Positions 53,915-64,000 of a DNA stretch of 64,000 nt are shown here, piece by piece. The stretch's first letter is position 1; every line of letters begins with the position of its first letter. The DNA comes from an uncultured Chloroflexia bacterium (GTDB lineage: Bacteria; Chloroflexota; Chloroflexia; Thermomicrobiales; UBA6265): assembly GCA_963724295.1 (NCBI GenBank), contig CAVRUC010000004.1:64001-128000 (forward strand), given 5' to 3'. A model generated the notes under the pieces. That model was not told the DNA's origin and did not search any database. It saw only the letters and a program-made list of their open reading frames with translations. Made by a program: the position numbers and the translations under genes.

Positions 53915-55723
53915 ACGACGAGCGGCGCCGCGGCTGGACGGCTCCGGCGCCGCGCCAACCGGCGCGGCCACGACGCGTGCGACCGCGACGGGCTCCGGCG
54001 CTCCCGGTCCAACACGTCGAGACGCCCAAGGCGGTCGCCACGCTGGCCCGGTGGTCAGCCGGAATAAGCCGCCACCCTGACCGGCTGCGCGCGTCTCTGG
54101 CCGTGGCACTCGCCATCTGCGGGCTGGCCCTGGTGATCCTGGCCACCTGGGCTGACGTGACGATCCACCGCGGAGTCGGCGACGGCGTCACTCCCCTTGT
54201 CGTCCGTCAGTACAGCGGCCGCGACCTGGCCGCAAACGTCGATCTGACCCGCTTCGCGCCCGAGCAACTCTCGTCCGTGACGGCGGGACTCCAGGCCAAC
54301 GGCATCCGCTATGTGCGGCAGAGCTTCTCCTGGGCCGAAATCGAGCCCGCACCCGGGGAATACGCCTGGGAGCGCTACGACGCCATCGTGGAGGCGCTCA
54401 ATCGGCGAGGCATCAGCCCGGTGGCCGTCCTCCACCGCTCGCCGTCGTGGATTCGCTCCCCGGCCGGCGCCGCGGCATTCGACGCCCCACCCGCCGATCT
54501 CACCGCGTACGAGCGGTTCGTCACCGCACTCGCCAGCCGGTACGGGGAGCAAGTGCCCTTCGTTCAACTCTGGGACCTGCCAAACCAGCCAAGCCACTGG
54601 GGCAATGCACCAGCCGACGCTATGGCTTACGTGTCGCTGCTGGCGGTCGGCTCGAATGCCGCGCGAGGCGCCAATCCCAACGCGGTTGTGCTCCTCGCCG
54701 AGCTCGATCCATTCCCCGCCGACGGCGGCGCCGACGACCTGCAGTTCCTGCGACAGGTCTACAACGCCGGCGGCAGCGCGTTCTTCGACATCGTCGCGGC
54801 ACGGGTCGATGGCGGGGACACGCACCCCATATGACCGTGCCGTGCGGCCGGACGAGGCCGCCCTCTCGCGAGTCATCCTCCTGCGCGAGGCGATGACTGC
54901 GGCCGGGGACCCGGCCAAACCGATCTGGGCGACCCACTACGGGTGGGATACGGGCAGGATCGCCGGCAGTGTCGGCGAGACAACCCAGGCCGAGTACGTC
55001 GTCGCCGGTCTGGAGCGGGCCCGCGCTGAGTGGCCGTGGATGGGACCGCTCTTTCAGTGGGGACTCATTCCGGGCGCGGATCTGAGCGGAGGGACCCCCG
55101 CGGAGCGGGCCCTACTCCGCGAAGATGGCTCGACCACGCCGTTGTTCACGGAGCTTGGCGACTTCGCGGCACGCGGGGGCGCGAGCGCGGCGCCGACGGG
55201 TCTGGCTCCGGTCGCGGCGCCCCAGTACGTGTGGGAGGGCAACTGGAACCAGCAGCATCTCGGCGCGGACACGTATCGCACGACGTCCGAGGTGGAGGCG
55301 CGATTCCACCTCCGTTTCGAGGGGACGGGGGTGATTGCCAGAGCCCGCTTGAGCCGGGAGGCAGGCGCCGTCGAGGTGACGATCGACGGCCAGCCGGTCA
55401 ACATCTCGCTGGAGTCATTCCAGGCGGAAGATGTGGATATCCCGCTGGCCCGGAGACTGCCCGATGGCATGCACGACGTCGCCATGCGTCTCACCGCACC
55501 GGGACAGTTGACCGTCGGCGGGCTCGTCGTGGAGCGAGCTGTGCCGATGCAGTGGCCGATTCTGCTCCTGCTCCTGAGTGGAGTCGTCCTGCTCTACCTT
55601 GGCGTATTCGACGGGGCGCTGCTGGTCGCCGAGCGCACCGGGCTGCTGCAGCGCCGGCGCGGCGGCGAGCTCTGGCCGGAGCTGCCGCAGATCCCCGACT
55701 GGCGTCCGCCGCGCCGGGCGTAG
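53911..55723 (+). CDS. Membrane-anchored clan GH-A-like TIM barrel protein lacking catalytic Glu residues; frameshift at ~54830
   Basis: VRQSFSWAEIEPAPGEYAWERYDAIV; WDLPN where WNEPN is expected; IWATHYGW where IWxTEFGW is expected; TM helices at both ends. Confidence 0.8.
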
Positions 55724-55769
55724 CGCCGGACAGCGCTGCCGGCAGGCACCGAACCTATACTCCCCCGAG

Positions 55770-56957
55770 ATGAGTAATGCCGTCGCCTCGCGTCACCGCG
55801 CGTCCGCGACGCAACGGGACGGGATGCTGACACCGACACCGACAGCCACGACCGATGGCGCAGCGCCGGGCCTCTTGCCGCCGGCGGACACCCCAGAGTC
55901 CGGCTCCGTCGCGAGCAGTCCAAACGACCCCACGACGACGGACGTCCAGGCGACGCTGCGGCGACGGGTGCTGAGCCCGCAGACGCTCATCTCCTTCGGC
56001 ATCGCCATCGCCGTGCTGTGGTTCGTGGTCCGCCGCCTCGACATCGATCCCGGCGCGATATGGGCGCAGATCCGGCAGGCCAATCTGCTGGCTTCTGGCC
56101 GTGGCCTTCATCCTCTGGTATGGCGCGTTCTTCGTCCGTGGCTGGCGCTGGGGCTATATGCTCAATTCCGCGGGTTTCGACCAGGCCACATGGATTTCGC
56201 CTCCCAACCACCCCTGGACTGGCCGAAATCGTGATCCTCGGCCTATTTCGCCAACTCGATCGTGCCGGCCAAGCTCGGCGACGCCTATCGCGGCTATCTG
56301 CTCAAGCGCGAGAGCGACGTCCCCTTCAGCGCCGGGTTCGGGACGATTCTCGCCGAGCGATTAGTCGACGCCATGATGCTCGTGGTCGTGCTGGCGGGAG
56401 CGGCGTTGGTCGTCTTCGGGACCGCCATGCCCTCCCAGGCGAGACCCGCCCTGCTGCTGGGCGCAGCTCTCATCGTCGCCGGGGTGGGCGGGCTGACCCT
56501 CCTCTGGCTGACTCGCAACGCGGTGGTTCGGTTGCTGCCCGGGCGCTTGCAGGAGGCCTACGCGCGTTTGAATGGAGCCATCTTCGGCGCGCTGCGGCGC
56601 CCGGCGCTCGTGTTCGGCATCGGGGCGCTGCTCTGGCTCAACGACGGGATGCGCGTCTGGTTCGTGGCCCGCTCGCTGGACGCCGGCATACCGCTGTCCG
56701 TTGCCATTCTGGTGGCAGTGATGGGCGCATTGCTAACGGTCATCCCGTTTACACCGGCGGGGCTCGGCGTGGTCGAACTCGGCGTAGGCTCGGTGCTGAT
56801 CGGTGTGCTGGGTGTCGATCCGGTGGTGGCTGGGTCGATCATCGTGCTCGACCGCGTCGTCGCCTACTGGAGTTTGCTTGTCGTTGGAGCAGTACTCTAC
56901 TTGCGGCGCACCCGGCGGGAGTACCGGGACCTGGCGTCGACCGTGCCGCCGGCATGA
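55770..56957 (+). CDS. UPF0104 / lysylphosphatidylglycerol-synthase-TM (flippase-like) protein; frameshifts at ~56090-56250
   Basis: RGWRW, PAKLGDAYRGYL, ERLVD, PFTPAGLGVVE, DRVVAYW. Confidence 0.88.
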
Positions 56958-57115
56958 ACATCCCGCCGTTGGGCAATCCATGGTCCCGCATCCGCGCCTG
57001 GGCCGCCGCCAACCGCGCCCGGGTGGAAATCCTGGCTATTGCCGGAGGCGCCATCGGCCTCATCGTCATCATGTTTGTGGTTACACTCATCATCATCTTC
57101 CGAATGCTGCGCTGA
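56954..57115 (+). CDS. Small membrane protein
   Basis: ATGA overlap with the upstream stop; 53 aa with one hydrophobic helix. Confidence 0.6.
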   Translation: MNIPPLGNPWSRIRAWAAANRARVEILAIAGGAIGLIVIMFVVTLIIIFRMLR

Positions 57116-57157
57116 CGGGATCGCCCGACAGCGCCCTACCTTTCAGGGAACCTCATC

Positions 57158-58156
<999 letters not shown>

Positions 58157-58329
58157 TGAACGTGCCGTGAACGTGCACGTGTCAGCCAGCCGCCGCTGTG
58201 CGACACTGCCGCATAACCCAAAAGTTGCCGGTCGCTGTCCGGCGCCGAGAATGAATCCAGCCGGTGAAGGATCTATCCACCGCGGGGACCTCACCAGACT
58301 GGAGAGACCGACAGAAGGAGGCACCCGTA

Positions 58330-60206
58330 ATGGTCGATCTCAATCCCCGTCCGGATCGCTACCGCGATCGGGCTCCCGACCTCGAGAGCGTCAATGGTCT
58401 GATCCAGGCCCGCATCGACGGCGTCATCAGCCGGCGGGAACTCATCCGGCGTGCCGCGGCACTGGCGATCGCCGCGCCCGTGGTCGGCGTGATGCTGCAC
58501 GCCACCTCGGACATGGCCTTTGGCGCGCCGTCGCAGGGCCGCGCGAACGCGCTGCGGCGTCTGGCGCAGGATGGTGGAACGGTGCCCGCCGACGCGCCGA
58601 CCGCCCCTGAAGGCGAGCCCAAGGCGGGCGGCACGGTAACCGTCGGCACCATCGAAGAGCCGGATACGCTCAATCCGTATCTGACTCAGCTCGTCACCGG
58701 ATTCGACATCTACACGGGATCATGGACGCGCTGCTTCGTTACGACAGCACGCAGCAGCTCATCCCGGCCCTGGCCGAGTCGTTCGAAGTGTCCGACGACG
58801 GTCTGACCTACACCTTCACCCTGCGCGAGGGCGTGACGTTCCACAACGGCGACGCATTCGGACCCCAGGATGTCATCGACACCTGGAAGATGATCATGAA
58901 CGAGGAGTTCGCCGCCTTCTCGACACTTGGCTGGGACAAGATCACCGATATCACCTCCCCTGATGAACGCACGGTGGTCATGGAGACCGAGCGAGGTCTT
59001 CGCGCCATTCCTCGCGTACGTGCGGCGGCGAACCGGTTCCGTCATCAGCCCCGCCTCCGAGCTGGCGAAGGGTCCCGAGACATTCAAGACCGAGTTCGGC
59101 CGCACGCGTCTGATCGGCACGGGTCCGATGAAGTTCGTCGAGTGGGACAGCAAAGCAGCAAGTCGTTCTCGAGAAGTACGCGGACTACTGGGGAGAACCC
59201 GCGCATCTCGACCAGGTCATCATCCGCTTCATTCCCGACGACAGCACCCAACTCGTGCAATTGCGCACCGGCGAAATCCAGATGGCCGATCGGAGCGGGC
59301 TCGCTAGGCGCGCTTCGCGTCGACGAAGCACTCGGCATCGAGGGAGTCACCGTTCTCGAGCATCCGTCGCCGGGTTGGTCCCACCTCGATCTCAAGCATC
59401 TCTTCTTCCTGCGCCATCCGCTCGTGCGCCAGGCGCTCGACTTCGCCACACCTACCCAGGACATCGTCGACAAGCTGCTCAAGGGCCGGGCGGTGCGCGT
59501 CGATCGCCGACCAGCAGCCGGGCACCTGGGCCTTCAACCCGAACATCGAGGGTCGACCGTTCGACCTCGAGCAGGCCAAGGCGCTTCTGGCCGAAGCCGG
59601 GCTGACGCAAGATGCCGACGGCGAACTGGGAAGGGAAAGTCCCGACCGAGGATCCACTCGTGCTCGATGGCGAAGTCCGCAAGTTCGAGATGGAGCTGTG
59701 GGGCATCAGCGGCGACACGCAGCAGCAGCAGATCATCCAGGTGATCGAACAGGCGTGGAACCAGGCCGGGATCAAGACGACCGCCAACTTCCAGGATGTC
59801 TCGACCATCTGGGGTCCCGAGGGATACCAGTGGAACCCGGAGACAATGACTGCCTGCCTCTATTCCTGGTTCAACGGCAACGATCCGGACGACATGTCCT
59901 ACTGGCACTCCTCGCAGATTCCCGCCCGATCCGACGGGAACCGGCGGCAACGCCATCGCCTACTTCCACGAGTTCAACTTCCAGGAAGAGATCGACGAAT
60001 TGACAGAGCAGGCGGCGACGGAGACCGACCAGGAAGCCCGCAAGGAGCTCTACTGGCAGATCCAGGAGTTGCTGCACGAGCAGGTGCCGGTCATCTTCCT
60101 CTACTGGGGGAAGAGCTTCCCGGCGCTGCGAGACAATATCGGCGGCTTCTGGCCAAGCGCGTTCAACCGCATGCTCTGGAACGTCCAGGAGTGGTACCTG
60201 GTCTAG
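58330..60206 (+). CDS. Peptide/nickel ABC transporter substrate-binding protein (family 5); several frameshifts
   Basis: SRRELIRR Tat-like motif; EPDTLNP, PALAESFEVSDDGLTYTFTLREGVTFHNG, GTGPMKF, VRQAL, RKELYWQIQ spread across frames. Confidence 0.88.
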
Positions 60207-60246
60207 ACTGCGAATAGCGGGCTGCGTGAACCGTCGCCGCGCTCGA

Positions 60247-60282
60247 GACGGACTCGCTGGTGAATTCACCGGCGAGTCCGTC
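60247..60282. repeat. 36-bp near-perfect palindrome between SBP and permease genes
   Basis: GACGGACTCGCTGGTGAATTCACCGGCGAGTCCGTC; probably an mRNA-stabilising or attenuating hairpin. Confidence 0.7.
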
Positions 60283-60328
60283 GCTCATCCGCGCACGCCG
60301 GAGGGATTCCTGACCAGGAGAGTGAGCA

Positions 60329-61279
60329 GTGCTCCGCTTCGTCGCGCGCCGCGTGCTGGAATCGATTCCGCTGCTGCTTGGCATCGCGGTGCTCTCATTC
60401 ATCTTCATGCAGCTGGCGCCTGGCGGGCCCGACGCGCTTTTTGCCCGCAACGGGCGCATGTCCGCCGAACAGCTGGCAAACATCCGCCGCAGCATGGGTC
60501 TGGATCGCCCTCCCCACGAGCAGCTACTTGCCTGGATTACGAATATCTTCCAGGGCAACCTGGGCGTCTCGTACAGCCAGTTCCGACCGGTGTCGGAGGT
60601 GATCGTCGAGGTCTTCCCCAACACCGTCATCCTCATGGCCGCGGGACTGATGATCTCGCTGGTATGCGCGCTCATCTTCGGGATCCTGGCCGCTCGTAAT
60701 CCCTACGGGGTGTTTGATAACGTCTCCTCCTTCTTCAGCTATTTCGGCCTGGCCATGCCGGTCTTCTGGTTCGGGCTGATGCTTCAGCTCCTCTTTGCCG
60801 TGCGGCTCGGCTGGCTGCCCTCGGCCGGGATGTACAGCGCCGGCGGGGGTGGCCTGCCCGATCTGCTTCGCCATCTGGTTCTGCCAGCCCTCACCATCGC
60901 CATCGGTTCGATCGCGGGCTGGAGCCGATACGTCCGATCCTCCACCGTTGAGCAGTTGTCTCAGGATTATGTCCGCTCCGCCCGCTCAAAGGGGCTCTCC
61001 GAGCAACGGGTGATGACCGGCCACGTGCTGCGCAACTCGCTGATCCCGCTTGTGACGGTCGTCGGCATCGACGTTCCACTCTATCTGACGGGCGCGGTGC
61101 TCACCGAGACGGTCTATTCCTGGCCCGGGATGGGACGACTCTTTTTCGACGCGTTGACCGTACGCGACTACCCGGTGCTGATGGGGATTCTGGTCCTGGG
61201 TGCGGTACTGATCATCCTCGGCAACCTGCTCGCGGATCTCGTCTACGGTCTCCTCGACCCGCGGATCAGCTATTCCTGA
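60329..61279 (+). CDS. Peptide ABC transporter permease (OppB/DppB-like)
   Basis: DYVRSARSKGL, HVLRNSLIP, ETVYSWPGMG, DPRI. Confidence 0.96.
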   Translation: MLRFVARRVLESIPLLLGIAVLSFIFMQLAPGGPDALFARNGRMSAEQLANIRRSMGLDRPPHEQLLAWITNIFQGNLGVSYSQFRPVSEVIVEVFPNTVILMAAGLMISLVCALIFGILAARNPYGVFDNVSSFFSYFGLAMPVFWFGLMLQLLFAVRLGWLPSAGMYSAGGGGLPDLLRHLVLPALTIAIGSIAGWSRYVRSSTVEQLSQDYVRSARSKGLSEQRVMTGHVLRNSLIPLVTVVGIDVPLYLTGAVLTETVYSWPGMGRLFFDALTVRDYPVLMGILVLGAVLIILGNLLADLVYGLLDPRISYS

Positions 61280-61307
61280 TGGCTGCGCTCGTTATGGGAG
61301 GAGCGTC

Positions 61308-62272
61308 GTGAGCGTCGACACCTCAGCGAGATCACGCTCGACCGAGCGCACCGATCCGGCGGTCGGTCCTGAATTCGCCGAACCCGGCTCGCTCGACCAT
61401 CGCGTCCGATCTAGTCAGCAAGCCCGCCGCGCAGTCCCTGGAGCATTGCATTCCGCCGCTTCCGGGGCTCGAAGCTCGCGTTGTTTGGGCTGCTGCTGAT
61501 CGCGCTGATGACGCTGGTGACGATCTTCGCCGACGTGATCGCGCCTTACGGCGAAAATGAGATCGATCTCTTCAACATCACCGCGCAGCCATCAGAGGCA
61601 CACGTCCTCGGTACCGACGAACTGGGACGTGATGAGCTGAGCCGTCTGCTCTACGGCGGCCGCATCTCGCTCTCTCGTCGGGATCGGCGCCGCGCTGATC
61701 TCGACGTTGCTCGGGATCATCGTCGGGGCCATCGCTGGCTATTTACGGCGGGTGGCTCGATACGCTACTGATGCGATTCGTCGACCTGATGCTCGCGTTT
61801 CCCGCCATTTTCCTGCTCTTGATCCTCTTCGCCATCTATGGCAGCTCGGTCCTGAGCGTGGTGCTTTTTCTCGGACTCTTCTCCTGGATGTGGCTGGCTC
61901 GGGTCATCCGCGGCGAGTTCTTGTCCCTCAAGCAACGCGATTTCGTCGAGGCGGCACGATCCATCGGCGTGCCGAATGGCACTGATCATCCGTCGTCATC
62001 TCCTGCCAAATGTGATGGCGGCCATCATCGTTTCGGCGACGCTCAACATCGCCGTTGCCATGCTTTCTGAAGCGTCTCTGTCGTTTCTCGGGTTCGGGGT
62101 TCCGCCTGAAACCCCAACCTGGGGCAACATGCTGAACGCGGCCCGACCGTACTACGTAACCGTCCCGATCCTGGCCATCGCTCCAGGCTTGACGCTGACC
62201 ATCGCCGTGCTGGCGATCAATTTCGTCGGCGACGGCCTGCGCGATGCGCTCGATCCCCGCGGTCGAGGTTGA
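61308..62272 (+). CDS. Peptide ABC transporter permease (OppC/DppC-like); several frameshifts
   Basis: LGTDELGRD, FVEAARSIG, HLLPN, LSFLGFG, GDGLRDALDPR. Confidence 0.9.
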
Positions 62273-62293
62273 GTCGATGAGCGCGGGCAACGA

Positions 62294-63328
62294 GTGATCC
62301 CCCTGATCGAAACCGGCGGTTCCTGGCGCGACATCGGCTACGACGTCGGCGCCGGCGTGCGCGAGCAGCTCCAGTCCGCCGCCGCTTCGACCCGGGCCGA
62401 ATTGGGCGGCATCGACCCGGCTGCCGTCATGGCGAACATCGGGCCCTATCTCCGCATTACGGAGGAGGTCGCCCCGGACGTCGTCGCCGAGCTACGCGGC
62501 ATGGCGGAAGGATCGGGCGTACCGTTCGAGACCCTCTTCGTGCTCAATGCCGGCGCCGAGCTGACGCAGTCGCTCGGCCGCATCGAATGCACCGTCGCCG
62601 GCATCACCGCCGCCGGCACGGCCGACGGACACGTGCTGCTGGCCCATAACGAGGACGCCACCGCCGGTTGGGGCGATCTCACCTACGTGATCAAGGCCCA
62701 GCCCGACGAGGCGCCCGCGTTCGTCGCCTTCACCTACGCGGGACTGCTGCTGCACCAGGGAGTCAACGCCGCCGGTCTGGGCTCGGTCGGCAACGCGTTG
62801 TACGCCCGCGACGCGCGACCTGGCATCCCCAAGCTCCTCCAGTACCGGCGCGCGATCACCCAATGCACGATCGAGGGCGCGATTCGGACGGTGACTGACT
62901 GCCGCCGCGCCTACGGCAACAACCATCTCTTCGCCACCGCCGACGGCGATCTCTACGACGTCGAGGTCTCCGGGTCGCGCTGGGCGATGCGCTCGGGTGG
63001 CAACGGATTCCTGGCGCACGCCAACCACTTCACTCTACCCGGCATGACCGATCTCGACAAAGACGAAGACCTTCTCAACTCACGGCTGCGCCAGACCCGC
63101 GTCGAAACGCTCGTCGAGCGCCATTGGGGCAGCATCGACGCCTGTGGGCTACGCCGGCTGATGGCCGATCACGCGAACTACCCGCGCTCGGTCTGCAAGC
63201 ACCACGCGCCGGAGAGCGACCTCGACTACGGCACGATCGGGAGCGTCGTCATCGACGTCACCGACCGCGTCCTGTGGGCCTGCGCCGGGAACCCGTGTCG
63301 CGGCGAATGGCGCGAGGTGCGGCTCTAG
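62294..63328 (+). CDS. C45-family peptidase / Ntn hydrolase (acyl-CoA:6-APA acyltransferase-like)
   Basis: ELRGMAEGSG, ECT (Cys nucleophile), AHNED, GVNAAG, HANH, GNPC. Confidence 0.9.
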   Translation: MIPLIETGGSWRDIGYDVGAGVREQLQSAAASTRAELGGIDPAAVMANIGPYLRITEEVAPDVVAELRGMAEGSGVPFETLFVLNAGAELTQSLGRIECTVAGITAAGTADGHVLLAHNEDATAGWGDLTYVIKAQPDEAPAFVAFTYAGLLLHQGVNAAGLGSVGNALYARDARPGIPKLLQYRRAITQCTIEGAIRTVTDCRRAYGNNHLFATADGDLYDVEVSGSRWAMRSGGNGFLAHANHFTLPGMTDLDKDEDLLNSRLRQTRVETLVERHWGSIDACGLRRLMADHANYPRSVCKHHAPESDLDYGTIGSVVIDVTDRVLWACAGNPCRGEWREVRL

Positions 63329-63417
63329 CACGAGGGGCCTACGTCGCCCGGGCCGCGACTAGAGCAGGTGATGGCGGCGTCGCTCGTGCGGCCGGCGGCG
63401 CGGCCGCGTTCCAGCTC

Positions 63418-63459
63418 GAACTTGATGAACTTGATGAACTTGATGAAGTTGATGAACTT
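63418..63459. repeat. 9-bp tandem repeat GAACTTGAT, about 4.7 copies
   Basis: Direct reading; one copy is GAAGTTGAT. Confidence 0.9.
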
Positions 63460-63529
63460 CACAGACGCTGGACTGAAGACGCCGCCTTTCCCTGGCCGAC
63501 GTTTCCAGCTCCAGACAGGCGTGCTTTCG

Positions 63530-63559
63530 TTGACAGCAGGGACAGGCGATTGGTATGCT
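63530..63559 (+). promoter_or_regulatory. Sigma70 promoter of tRNA-Asp
   Basis: TTGACA-18 bp-TATGCT with an extended TG, 10 bp before the tRNA. Confidence 0.8.
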
Positions 63560-63569
63560 CAAACATACT

Positions 63570-63643
63570 GGAGGCGTGGTGTAGTGGCCTAACATGCAGC
63601 CCTGTCAAGGCTGAGATCGCGGGTTCGAATCCCGTCGCTTCCG
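63570..63643 (+). tRNA. tRNA-Asp(GTC)
   Basis: Anticodon arm CAGCC-CTGTCAA-GGCTG; GGTTCGAATCC T-arm. Confidence 0.97.
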
Positions 63644-64000
63644 CCGATTCGTCACGGTGAACAACTACTTCCTACGTTCATGCTCTTGGATACCTGAGAA
63701 GCCACGCGTTATTGTTCACTGCTGCCTTGCTCATTCTCCAGGACGGCCGCGCAGGCTCGGGCCGAGCCCCAGCCACGGGTGAGCCTCCGGCTCGGCGTGA
63801 CGGGCGAGACTCCCGTCCGGCTATGGGATCGGCCGCCAGTCTGGATTCCAACGCGGTTGTCCCCAAGCATCGATTCTCCTGCTGCACGACGTCTTCCGCT
63901 CGACTGACCCACGTTCCACATCCCCTCGCTCTACGCGCGGAGCTGCGGTGGCTCTCTCACGAGCAGGGTCGGGCGCAGGCCTGCTGTGGCCACGGAGCGC

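Noticed and set aside
58190..58329. Riboswitch upstream of the ABC operon
   Set aside because: A stem can be drawn (TCCAGCCGGTGA/TCACCAGACTGGA), but it fits no riboswitch consensus I recognise.

Overview
High-GC bacterial chromosome segment, most likely Chloroflexota (Thermomicrobiales-like). This is inferred from gene style, MDxxRFD-leader Cys-rich proteins and a Gram-positive-type LexA box, not from any database search. Most of the window is housekeeping: 5' part of cysE, an FmdB-family gene, polA, MoxR/DUF58/transglutaminase, ribokinase, serS with all four tRNA-Ser genes, tRNA-Arg(GCG), uvrA, valS, mpg, mutL, accD/accA, metG, nfo, a peptide ABC transporter, a C45 peptidase and tRNA-Asp. 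Many single-base frameshifts in core genes, densest at 49-62 kb, look like long-read assembly errors. Two accessory regions stand out. (1) A decayed ~9.2 kb integrative element at ~756-10000 carries a primase-helicase with internal iteron-like inverted repeats and a truncated large serine recombinase. Joining its two ends at a shared CA dinucleotide rebuilds a symmetric attP lying inside the integrase gene. The join also restores an in-frame integrase C-terminus ending in an ssrA-like LAA, which suggests a recombination-switched degradation tag; this is the top finding. (2) An ~8 kb islet inside the serS/tRNA-Ser cluster holds a tyrosine-integrase fossil, a Crp-family regulator and a ~1290-aa secreted protein with unusual Trp/Asn/Gly repeats. 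Also notable are tRNA-Arg(GCG) in the slot usually held by tRNA-Arg(ACG), and a glycoside-hydrolase-fold protein lacking both catalytic glutamates.
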